Shown here in pieces: positions 1 through 8,906 of a stretch of DNA of 48,859 nucleotides (its first letter is position 1; the number at the start of each line of letters is the position of its first letter). Under the pieces are notes generated by a model that ran no database searches, was not told the origin of the DNA, and saw only the letters and a list, made by a program, of their open reading frames with translations. A program made the translations under genes and the position numbers. The DNA comes from an uncultured Bacteroidales bacterium (GTDB lineage Bacteria > Bacteroidota > Bacteroidia > Bacteroidales > UBA4417), in NCBI GenBank assembly GCA_903887815.1, contig CAISRK010000473.1, positions 1 through 48,859 of the forward strand, written 5' to 3'.

Positions 1-84
1 CTGGTTTATTGAAAACCCGTGATAGTTGGGAGTAACAATACAAATCAGAAGGTAAGATGTGTGCGAATGCGACATATAAAACGA

Positions 85-114
85 AAACCCCTTCTCTTTT
101 CAGAAAAGGGGTTT
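85..114 (-). terminator. Rho-independent terminator hairpin downstream of the 836-aa gene
   Basis: Perfect 9-bp stem aaacccctt (85-93) / aaggggttt (106-114) with a 12-nt loop, 20 nt past the stop at 135. On the minus strand it is followed by the T-rich run tcgtttta. Confidence 0.6.
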
Positions 115-134
115 AGCGACCGAAAAAAAATAGT

Positions 135-2645
135 TTAGTTCAGGACTATTTTTTTCATTTCTGTCCAGTCAGGGGTAACCACTTTAAGCAAATAAATTCC
201 CCGGCTGTGTGAGGTAAGGTCGAAACTTACTGTTTGCCCGTCCCAGTCCATTTGTTTAACCGGGCGGCCTGTATTATCAAAAATCATAATTACGGCGTCA
301 CGCACGGGAGCTTGTGCCAGGAGAGAAACTTCAAACTTCCCGCCGGTTGGGTTCGGGAATACAGTCAGTATCGAGGATGTGGGTATATAAGGCTTGTCGC
401 CGGTTATCAGAATGATCGGGCTGTCGGCGAAGGATACCAGGTTACAGGCTACATCGAGTGTTGGGTTAAATCCGTCTGCACAATTCGTACATGTAACTCC
501 GGTAATACATGCCGGATTGTTCGGATGGCAATTATCCATGTATGCGTCGTAGAAAACATAACGTAATTGAATATCGTGACCGGCAACAAATGGACTCATA
601 TCAAAATCAAACCAAGGAGCAATCGAACCGGGACACCATCCAGCACGATCATACTGGTATGTACCATTCTGAGGCTGACAACCATCGGGGTTCGGATTGC
701 AGTCGACCCAGTTGTGCTGTGTGAAAGTCATAGCTCCGTTAACCCACAAATTATGCGTTGCATTATAAAATTCTGCAGCATTTCCTGTATTAAGGTCGCC
801 CCAGCCATGCCCGGTTGAAATGAGTTTGAGTTTTGAAGCTACGGCATTGGCAGGAAATTTATAGTTAAATGTATCAACGGGCTGACGGTTGGCATAATCG
901 CCGAATGGATATATTTCTTTCCACACCTGTTTCACTTTACTGTATTTATGAGCCGGAGTCCCCTGCCGGTAATCGAATGTCAGGTCATATAAATATCCGT
1001 TATCGAGAGTTTCACAGTTTACCCTGAAAGCGGTTTTTCCTTGTAGTATAGACATATAGTCTGTTAGGTCAACAACATGTGAACAGGCAACTCCATACGG
1101 AGTTATGTAACGGATAATCTCGAACCAGTTGCCTTCTTTATCTTTAGCATCAACACTGGCCACCCTGTCCCAGGCACCACAGCCGCCTGTAGGGCAGTGA
1201 ACATGCAAGGTTGCAGTTATTTTATCATAAGCGCCCAGGTACGAAGGAAGAACTGCATCGACCGTTACCGTGCTCACGGTCGGGCTAAGCCAAATATCTT
1301 TAAAAGCATCGACGGTTTTACTTACTGCAGTAGGGACAATATTGATATTAACTGTTTTGGTTGCAACAGCCCCGAAATTATTGGCCGACCTGATCTCAAC
1401 TGCATAGCTTCCATAGGTTGGCGGTGTCCACCAGGCTGTAAAATGGCCATTATAGAAGTTCATACCTTCAACCGTTTGTCCGTTAATTTTAAACTGAACC
1501 CAGGCCACTGAGAATAATTCGGGATAGGCAATAGTAGAAATGGCAGCCAGCTGTATCTGCGACAAGGAAGGCACCGGCACATCGCCGGCAAGCGGGTTTC
1601 GTGCATCAATTACAGGTACGAACCAGTTGGGATTAAGCACATGGAACCGCTGAATAACAGGATCGGCTGGGTTGTACTGTGCATTGCCGGGTTGTGTTGC
1701 CTGGACTGCCACAACTCCTGTATCGCCTGTAAGTGTAACGGTATTACCGGTTATTGCAGCAGGTCCTGAAAGAATATTAAAGATCACGGGAAGTCCTGAA
1801 GTTGAAGTAGCTTCCACCTGGAAAGCAGCGGCTGTGTTGAGTTTATTCGGAATTTCGGGGAATGAAATTGCCTGGTAGGAATTATCGAGAGTTCCATTAA
1901 AATTAGAGGTTGCCCCTGTCATGGCAAAGTTAAGCAAATCGCCATCCCTAACAGGTGAATCGACTTTTGAAGTTAACTTAGTAATTGCGGTATTGTTGCC
2001 GCCTGGAACTCCCTGGTTAAATTTATAATACATCTGCAGGTCCGGTTCGGTTCCTGTAAGTTCATTGGTAACCATGGCCTGGATTTCGGTCTGTGTAAGA
2101 GCTTTCGACCATACACTCACTTCATCAATACGCCCTCCCCAGTAAAAATTGAGACCTCCTCCGGCTATACTTCGCCCGATGGCAAAAGCAATATTGGTAG
2201 CAGTAAATGTACCGCTGGCCGCCTTTTGCCCTTTCAGGTTCCCGTTAACATATAATTTTATGGCAGAGCCATCATAAACCCATGCGAAGTGCTGCCATAC
2301 CTGGGGAATAATTGTATTAGCTGGTGCAACGTATTCGAATAGCACATTAGAAGAGTTTATAAAACGACATTCAATTTGGCCATTATTCAGCTGTATCATA
2401 TAAAAACCCTGCGAACCACGGAATCCCATCATTCCCTGTCCATATGCCAGCTGGTCGTCGTAAAACCACCCAGTAATAGTGATTCCTGGTTTATTCGCAA
2501 TGTATTGCGAACCATTTTCGAGTATCACATGATCATCTACCATGTCGAAATGAAGATACTGATTGGTCTGGGCACGCAATCCCGATAAAGATGCAAGAAT
2601 GATCAGCATCAGGATAGTACACGATTTTAAGTAGAACTGTTTCAT
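135..2645 (-). CDS. Secreted LamG-domain / PNGase F-like (peptide-N-glycosidase F family) protein with T9SS type-A C-terminal sorting domain
   Basis: Signal peptide MKQFYLKSCTILMLIILASLSGLRAQT. N-terminal LamG/concanavalin-like region (GRIDEVSVWSKALT). The C-terminal half aligns to Elizabethkingia PNGase F as I recall it: CPTGGCGAWDRVASV vs CPNKTCDEWDRYANV (catalytic Asp of WDR kept), ITPY, and DRAGWCPG identical. The last ~80 aa are a T9SS CTD (VFPNPTGGKFEV...GIYLLKV). Confidence 0.8.
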   Translation of the reverse strand: MKQFYLKSCTILMLIILASLSGLRAQTNQYLHFDMVDDHVILENGSQYIANKPGITITGWFYDDQLAYGQGMMGFRGSQGFYMIQLNNGQIECRFINSSNVLFEYVAPANTIIPQVWQHFAWVYDGSAIKLYVNGNLKGQKAASGTFTATNIAFAIGRSIAGGGLNFYWGGRIDEVSVWSKALTQTEIQAMVTNELTGTEPDLQMYYKFNQGVPGGNNTAITKLTSKVDSPVRDGDLLNFAMTGATSNFNGTLDNSYQAISFPEIPNKLNTAAAFQVEATSTSGLPVIFNILSGPAAITGNTVTLTGDTGVVAVQATQPGNAQYNPADPVIQRFHVLNPNWFVPVIDARNPLAGDVPVPSLSQIQLAAISTIAYPELFSVAWVQFKINGQTVEGMNFYNGHFTAWWTPPTYGSYAVEIRSANNFGAVATKTVNINIVPTAVSKTVDAFKDIWLSPTVSTVTVDAVLPSYLGAYDKITATLHVHCPTGGCGAWDRVASVDAKDKEGNWFEIIRYITPYGVACSHVVDLTDYMSILQGKTAFRVNCETLDNGYLYDLTFDYRQGTPAHKYSKVKQVWKEIYPFGDYANRQPVDTFNYKFPANAVASKLKLISTGHGWGDLNTGNAAEFYNATHNLWVNGAMTFTQHNWVDCNPNPDGCQPQNGTYQYDRAGWCPGSIAPWFDFDMSPFVAGHDIQLRYVFYDAYMDNCHPNNPACITGVTCTNCADGFNPTLDVACNLVSFADSPIILITGDKPYIPTSSILTVFPNPTGGKFEVSLLAQAPVRDAVIMIFDNTGRPVKQMDWDGQTVSFDLTSHSRGIYLLKVVTPDWTEMKKIVLN

Positions 2646-2699
2646 GAGGTTTGTTTATTTATTGGTTAATTGTCATTTCTATTATAAAATTAACTATTC

Positions 2700-4331
2700 C
2701 TACCAAGCCATCCACCACATTTTTACATTGGGGTCTTCGCCACCTTGTCTTGCTTTGGCTTCGTTCCAGTTGGCTGTGTTATACTGACTTTCCGAAGGAG
2801 GATAGGGCATCCGGAAATGACTGATAAGGGCACCTTCGTGAGGTGTTTTCGCAGTCCTCCTGGTTTCGGCATAGGCTTCCCAGGGCTGCCTGAATGCATC
2901 GATCCATCGTTGGGTATAAATAAAACCGAGTTTTTCATCATCGGCATGAGCGTTCCATAAACCGAAGTGTGTGAGTACAGAAACCGAATTCAAATTTGAA
3001 GGTATCGTAATCTTATCAGTAAATTTCATGCCTGATAAAGGCAGCCTCATAATACCTGAAAGATCGGTCCACCATTTAACCGAAGTAAGCACCCCATTAA
3101 TATATTCATTATCAGCCTGATCCTTGTCGACTGATACTCCAATACCCCTGAACAATGCTTCGGCTTTAATGAAATAAACCTCGGCACTTGTCATCAGTAT
3201 GACGGGGACAAAGTTTTCGTCATCAATAAGGAAAAAGTTGAAAGGCGAATAATTCACATTATTCTTAATTTCGTAATTAACCACATCGTCGCGGTGGCTT
3301 CCGTAAGGAATGCCCTGCGATGAAGGTGTGTTTTCGTTTGGAATCTGCGGATATGGTTTCCATTTTTTGTTCTGGTCACCTTCGAAGAAAATATAAGCCC
3401 TGGGATCGAAAATGCCTGTTCCTTCGGAATTATCGCTTGTTGAAAACTGGTGCCAAAGGTTCGATCCCATCCTTAGCCCATTATGTTCGCGGAACGACCA
3501 GCTTACACTGCTGTTGGTAAAACCGTTCTGGGCGGGCCACAAAGCAGCACATTCAATTGAAGTGCTTGTAAAATCGATCCCGCGAAGAACCGGAAGATCT
3601 TTTTCGATAATTTCTTTCAGAATACCTCCGGCTATCTGAGGTTCTTTACCCGACATCCTCAATGCATAACGGAGCCGCAGCGAATTGGCAAACTTGCGCC
3701 ACATTTTAAGGTCACCCCTGAAGAGTTTATCAAATGATGCAAAAGTTACGAAAGGCTCAACCCGTGCAGTAGTATCGTTTATATTATCGGCAGCCCATTT
3801 CAGGTCATCGAGTAGTGAAAGATAGATATCGCGCTGTTTGTCGTATTTCGGGTGCAGGTAATTCAGATCGAGGAATCCATATCCAGCCTCCGAGTAAGGA
3901 ATATCACCAAAAAGGTCAGTGAGTTTGAACGTTTTATATGCTAGTGCAATTTTAAGCATAGCGTTCATATTGGTAACCGAAGGTGATGGCGGAGAGGCCT
4001 CAAACCTTTTCTGAAGTTCCCTCACCGAGGGCAACGACCTGTAATAAAGTCCCCAGATATCTTCGGTTCCTATGGTATAATTCCCCCATGCACTCTGTGT
4101 AAGGGCAGCCTGCTGGGTTTGCTTGTACAGGATTTCGTTATTCACATAAAACTGCTCATTACCGGTAGGCAGCATCGATTGGATGATGCCATTAAAAAGG
4201 GAGCCATCACTTGCTGTTGTAAACCCCTGCGGGTTGGTGTCAATTTCTTCAAAATCCTTCCTGCACGCTGTAAACACAAGCAGAGTTAATAAAAGGGATA
4301 TTATGCCTGCAATTTTCATTTTACTTTTCAT
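2700..4331 (-). CDS. susD: SusD/RagB family nutrient-binding outer-membrane lipoprotein
   Basis: Lipoprotein signal with lipobox (LLVFTAC). 543 aa, immediately downstream of a SusC-type gene. SusD-like helical/TPR-like composition and a W-rich C-terminus. Confidence 0.85.
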   Translation of the reverse strand: MKSKMKIAGIISLLLTLLVFTACRKDFEEIDTNPQGFTTASDGSLFNGIIQSMLPTGNEQFYVNNEILYKQTQQAALTQSAWGNYTIGTEDIWGLYYRSLPSVRELQKRFEASPPSPSVTNMNAMLKIALAYKTFKLTDLFGDIPYSEAGYGFLDLNYLHPKYDKQRDIYLSLLDDLKWAADNINDTTARVEPFVTFASFDKLFRGDLKMWRKFANSLRLRYALRMSGKEPQIAGGILKEIIEKDLPVLRGIDFTSTSIECAALWPAQNGFTNSSVSWSFREHNGLRMGSNLWHQFSTSDNSEGTGIFDPRAYIFFEGDQNKKWKPYPQIPNENTPSSQGIPYGSHRDDVVNYEIKNNVNYSPFNFFLIDDENFVPVILMTSAEVYFIKAEALFRGIGVSVDKDQADNEYINGVLTSVKWWTDLSGIMRLPLSGMKFTDKITIPSNLNSVSVLTHFGLWNAHADDEKLGFIYTQRWIDAFRQPWEAYAETRRTAKTPHEGALISHFRMPYPPSESQYNTANWNEAKARQGGEDPNVKMWWMAW

Positions 4332-4374
4332 TAATTGTTTTTACCATTTATCAAAACCTGCGAGATAAATAAAT

Positions 4375-7300
4375 CTAAAAGGTAACATTTGCACCTATAG
4401 TAATTGAGCGCGTTCCTGGAAAGGAAGCCCATTCAAATCCCTGGGCATTTCCGGAACCTATGATTCCTTCCGGATTGATTTTGTCGGGCAACGTAGTGTA
4501 AAAATAAAAAAGGTCGCGGCCTACGAGCGAGAATGATAAACTCTGGAAAATTTTAGCTTTCGCGAGTGCAGAGCTGCCAACTGTATAGGTCAGTGATATT
4601 TCGCGCATTTTCACCCATGTGTCTTCAATTATTCCCGGGGTTGAAACAAATTTTCCCCATCCGCCTGCATTGGGTAGGTATTTGTACAAATAATTCACTA
4701 CTTTCTCGTTTCGGGTACCATTAGCATATACTCCGTCAAGAATTACCCCCACATTCCTCACATTTCCTTCGGGGTCGGTGTATGGCAAACCTCCGCCATC
4801 GCGCTCAAGCAGCGTTTCGGGGCTTTGCCCGGTCTGAAGTCCTATTACATACGATCCGCAATAAATATCGCCTCCCCATTTGGTATCGATAAGGGTATTC
4901 AGCCTGAAATTTTTATACACAAGTTCCGTGGTGAAGCCCGCAAGAAAATCAGGCGAAGCATTCCCGATCGGAACACGGGTATCGGTGATCTTGTATTTTG
5001 TACCCTCATCATTCAGGATGCGGTTGCCGTTATTGTCGTACACATAGTCATACCCGGTAATTGTGCCGTATTCCGAACCTTCGTAAAGTTCCATTGCCGG
5101 ACCGTTAAGCCCCCAGATATCGGCCAGGTGATACGTATCGGAATACCCGCCCAGGCTCACAATATAATTCCTGTTTCGCGAAAAATTCAACCCCGCTTTC
5201 AAAAGAAATTCCTGCGTCTGGACCGGAACGGTATTAACAGTGAACTCAAAACCCTCATTTGAAAGTTCACCTTCGTTGATTGTAATATTATAGGATCCGG
5301 AGCTTACCGGGACCGGCAGATTCAGGATCTGATCTGTCGAATGTTTGTAATAATAGGTAAAGTCGATATCGATCCGGTTATTAAATAGACCCAGGTTAAG
5401 CCCGGCTTCGTAACCGGTAACAAACTGGGGTTTCAGTTCAAAAGGAGGAATTACACCCGGAAGTGAGGACGATTGCTGGCCTCCGAAAAGACTGGTGTTA
5501 TAATAGAAGTTCTTCTGGTATGGAGTTGCACTGTTGGCCGTTTGTGCAATACCACCCCTGAGTTTCAGGAAGTAGAGCCAGGGCATTGCTGCTTTCAAGT
5601 CGAATGCCTCGGTGGCAATAAAACTGAGTGAACCTGACGGATAGAAATAGGAATTGTTATTTTCAGGCAAGGTCGACGACCAGTCGTTACGCCCGGTAAG
5701 TTCGAGGAAGAGGTAATTGGCATAAGCCAGGTTTACAAATGAATATACTGAGTTGGTACGCTGGTTCATCATAGTTTCACCAGGTACCATATTGCCGGCT
5801 GTATTACCGGGATCGACCACGATTGTATTCCCGTTTTCGTCTGTTGAATAGGTGTATTCGGTAAAATTGAAAAATGTATACATATTGGGATAGTACCAGG
5901 TACCTGAATGGCCCGAAATACCGTATGATTCGTAATTCCACCTGCTGGCGCCGGCACTGATGCGCGCATCCAGTTTCTTGTTCAACATTCCTTCTTTATG
6001 AGCGGATATGAGGAATTCGAAGTTGTCGTTTGTTACCTTCGAAAGGCTGTTGCTATACCCTCCGTTCATCAGGCCGATGTAATCGATGGGTTTGTTTTTT
6101 GATGTGAATTGCTCGACGGTATAATCGCGGCCAGCTCTTCCAGTGGCATTCAGCCAGGGTGTGACATCGTAAATCAAAGCAATGGACCCGGTATATTTAT
6201 CGCGGTCCTGCCATGTGTTGTTGTTGTAATAATTCCACCAGAGATAGCGGTCGACGTAGAGGAAAGGGTACCCTTCAAGTTTGTTTTGTGAGCCGTCGGT
6301 CAGCTGGTAGTTTTCCTTGTCAATTCCCTTATAGCTGCGTGGCCATGAATAGAGGAATCCTTTACTGAATGAATTGCCGTCCTCACCCAGCATAGGGCTG
6401 TTCAACCGCTTGTATTTCACATAAGTAAGAGTTGCATCAGCCTTGAGTTTATCCGAGATTTTAATATTGGTCCCGAAATTAATTGTAGTCCGGGTAAAAT
6501 TGCTGTTTTCAACAATCGGTGTGTTATCCTGGTGGGTAAATGATAAACGAAGGGTTCCTTTATCGTTTCCACCCTGTACGGCGACATTGTGGGTCTGTGT
6601 ATTCCCCGTTTTAAAGGCCATTTCGAGGTTATCGGGCTGAGGCGAATAATCGCGCATTTCGCCGTCCCACCATTTTACCATTTGTCCTTTCATTTCGGGT
6701 CCCCACGAAACCGCCGATCCGTAATAACCGAACTCTTCGGATGTAGTGGAAGTTTCACCCTGCTGGTTAATTACGATTTTATCATTCCCATAAATACCAG
6801 GATAGAGGAGTGTGCCGTTCCCATCTACTGGAAATCCGGGTTCACTTAGCGTAATCGGACCTCCTGCACCGTATTTATTCTGAACTTCACGGTAACGATA
6901 CGGATTTGTGATTTTATAGTTGTAATTATAAGTCACCCCTATCCCCTTCTGTTTTTTACCGCGTTTAGTAGTAATAAGTATTACACCATTGGCTCCCCGT
7001 TCACCGTATAAAGCCGATGCTGCTCCCCCTTTCAGAACCGAATATTCTTCGATATCGAACGCATTCAGATCCGAGATTCCATTTCCCCAATCCACACCAC
7101 GACCAACATCATTCATTCCTGAAACATTATCCATTGGCACATTGTCGACAACAATGAGAGGCTGGTTGTTTTTTGCAAGGTTGTTGTTCCCCCTGATAAC
7201 GATACGGGTTGAACCACCCTCAACGCCATCGCCCTGCGAAACCAATACACCTGCCGACCTTCCCGAAAGGGCACCCAGTACGTTGGGGGTATTGGCACGG

Positions 7301-7695
7301 GTTATTTCGGCTGTATTTATTTTTTCCGACGAATAGCCGATTTCGCGTTTTTCGCGTTTTACACCCAGGGCGGTAACGACAAATTCGTCGAGTTTACGGG
7401 CTTCGGAAACAAGAGATACATCAATTACCTGCTGGTTCACTACAATAATTTCAACCGGGGTAAAACCAATAAAACTAAAAACGACAACATCCATTGAGGC
7501 AACTCCGGCAAGTTTGTATTTCCCGTCGGCATCACTTATAGTTCCCTGGGTGGTACCTTTTATAACGATCGAAACCCCGGGCAGAGAATATCCTTCGTCA
7601 GCTGCTTTAACTGTTCCGGTAATGGTCCGTGTTTGACCAAACAGAACTGCAGAAAAAACAAGAATAAAACTTAGAAAAACAATGACTTTCTTCAT
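4375..7695 (-). CDS. susC: SusC/RagA family TonB-dependent outer-membrane receptor
   Basis: 1106 aa with a signal peptide. Carboxypeptidase-regulatory-like N-terminal domain (ITGTVKAADEGYSLPGVSIVIKGT), a TonB-box/plug region (DEFVVTALGVKREKREIGYS) and a terminal aromatic residue (GANVTF). Confidence 0.92.
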   Translation of the reverse strand: MKKVIVFLSFILVFSAVLFGQTRTITGTVKAADEGYSLPGVSIVIKGTTQGTISDADGKYKLAGVASMDVVVFSFIGFTPVEIIVVNQQVIDVSLVSEARKLDEFVVTALGVKREKREIGYSSEKINTAEITRANTPNVLGALSGRSAGVLVSQGDGVEGGSTRIVIRGNNNLAKNNQPLIVVDNVPMDNVSGMNDVGRGVDWGNGISDLNAFDIEEYSVLKGGAASALYGERGANGVILITTKRGKKQKGIGVTYNYNYKITNPYRYREVQNKYGAGGPITLSEPGFPVDGNGTLLYPGIYGNDKIVINQQGETSTTSEEFGYYGSAVSWGPEMKGQMVKWWDGEMRDYSPQPDNLEMAFKTGNTQTHNVAVQGGNDKGTLRLSFTHQDNTPIVENSNFTRTTINFGTNIKISDKLKADATLTYVKYKRLNSPMLGEDGNSFSKGFLYSWPRSYKGIDKENYQLTDGSQNKLEGYPFLYVDRYLWWNYYNNNTWQDRDKYTGSIALIYDVTPWLNATGRAGRDYTVEQFTSKNKPIDYIGLMNGGYSNSLSKVTNDNFEFLISAHKEGMLNKKLDARISAGASRWNYESYGISGHSGTWYYPNMYTFFNFTEYTYSTDENGNTIVVDPGNTAGNMVPGETMMNQRTNSVYSFVNLAYANYLFLELTGRNDWSSTLPENNNSYFYPSGSLSFIATEAFDLKAAMPWLYFLKLRGGIAQTANSATPYQKNFYYNTSLFGGQQSSSLPGVIPPFELKPQFVTGYEAGLNLGLFNNRIDIDFTYYYKHSTDQILNLPVPVSSGSYNITINEGELSNEGFEFTVNTVPVQTQEFLLKAGLNFSRNRNYIVSLGGYSDTYHLADIWGLNGPAMELYEGSEYGTITGYDYVYDNNGNRILNDEGTKYKITDTRVPIGNASPDFLAGFTTELVYKNFRLNTLIDTKWGGDIYCGSYVIGLQTGQSPETLLERDGGGLPYTDPEGNVRNVGVILDGVYANGTRNEKVVNYLYKYLPNAGGWGKFVSTPGIIEDTWVKMREISLTYTVGSSALAKAKIFQSLSFSLVGRDLFYFYTTLPDKINPEGIIGSGNAQGFEWASFPGTRSITIGANVTF

Positions 7696-8079
7696 TTGAA
7701 AGCGGATTATGGTTTATTTCAATGACAATCGGGGCTAATAGCTAATTACACTTAACTCCAGGTTTTTAATCTATTTTGATTAACCAGGCATACCACTTTG
7801 ACATAATATTACCAAAGTTGCTTTCACAAAAATAGGAATATTATCAAGCCTTTAAAAAAAACAATAAAATATATTGCATCACTTTTATTAAAATACCAAG
7901 CCGGCTGGCAGGCACTTTTCTCTTCCCGAATAACCAACTGGAAAACAGCAAGATAATTTAAGTTTAATCGATATCGGCTGATATATAAATAAAACTGTCA
8001 ACTTTGCAGTACAATCTTACAGGTTTAACCGGTTAATTCCGGAAACGATCCCGGTTTATCAGTTAAAATTATTACTCTA

Positions 8080-8649
8080 ATGCCCGAACACCGACATTTT
8101 ATACATCACAAGCCTTACGGTTACCTCTGCCAGTTTGTTTGCGAACTGCCCAGGAAAAAACTTGTGGGCAATTTATATCCTTTTCCCGAAGGAACCATGG
8201 CTATCGGCCGCCTGGATGAACAAAGCGAAGGTCTTCTGCTTTTAACCACCGACGGGCAGTTGAGCGAATACATCAGGAGCCGGAAAATTGAAAAAGAATA
8301 TTATGCCCAGGTTGACGGGTTGGTTACTGACGAAGCCATAGCACAACTGGAGCAGGGTGTTGAAATCGGGATACGGGATGTAAAGTACATAACTTTACCT
8401 TGTAAGGTTGCCCGCCTGGAAGCCGATCCCGGTTTCGCACCCCGAACCCGTAAAATCCGCGACGACCGCCATGGGCCTACGAGCTGGATTTCAATCGTTA
8501 TAACCGAAGGCAAATACCGCCAGGTGCGTAAAATGACTGCTGCCGCCGGCTTCCCGACCTTGCGGCTTGTAAGAGTCCGGATAGGAAGAATCCTGCTTGG
8601 CGACCTGGCAGCAGGTGAAGTAAAGGAATTAAACGACCTGGGCGTTTAA
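8080..8649 (+). CDS. Pseudouridine synthase, RsuA/RluE family (no S4 domain)
   Basis: Catalytic motif GRLDEQSEGLLLLTTDG and the conserved EGKYRQVRKM motif. At 189 aa it resembles RluE-type enzymes. Confidence 0.85.
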   Translation: MPEHRHFIHHKPYGYLCQFVCELPRKKLVGNLYPFPEGTMAIGRLDEQSEGLLLLTTDGQLSEYIRSRKIEKEYYAQVDGLVTDEAIAQLEQGVEIGIRDVKYITLPCKVARLEADPGFAPRTRKIRDDRHGPTSWISIVITEGKYRQVRKMTAAAGFPTLRLVRVRIGRILLGDLAAGEVKELNDLGV

Positions 8650-8694
8650 ATATCCCATGTCAAAAAAAGGTAATAGAAACAGGATCTGCGCGAT

Positions 8695-8740
8695 CAGGTC
8701 AAATGGCAAAGGTTAAAGGTCAAAGGTCTGATTAAAGTCA
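8695..8740. repeat. Degenerate heptamer array (aaggtYa-type)
   Basis: caggtca aatggca aaggtta aaggtca aaggtct ... read directly in the intergenic spacer after the pseudouridine synthase gene. Confidence 0.5.
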
Positions 8741-8906
8741 TTACTGTTTAAGGCGGAAATCAAAGTACTTATAGCATTGTATTATTGACAAACGCAAACG
8801 ATTTAGCCTTAAATTTGTTATAACATTGAGGTACCTTAAAACTGCCTTCTGTTTTCAGGAATTTTTTAAATAGCACTTTCAGCCTGGCAGATACATTGTC
8901 CTATCG

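Noticed and set aside
7827-7834. TAttTTTG (minus strand) as the susC promoter -7 element
   Set aside because: No TTTG -33 element lies at the expected 19-21 nt spacing, and such 8-mers are frequent in AT-rich spacers. The support is too weak to list as a feature.
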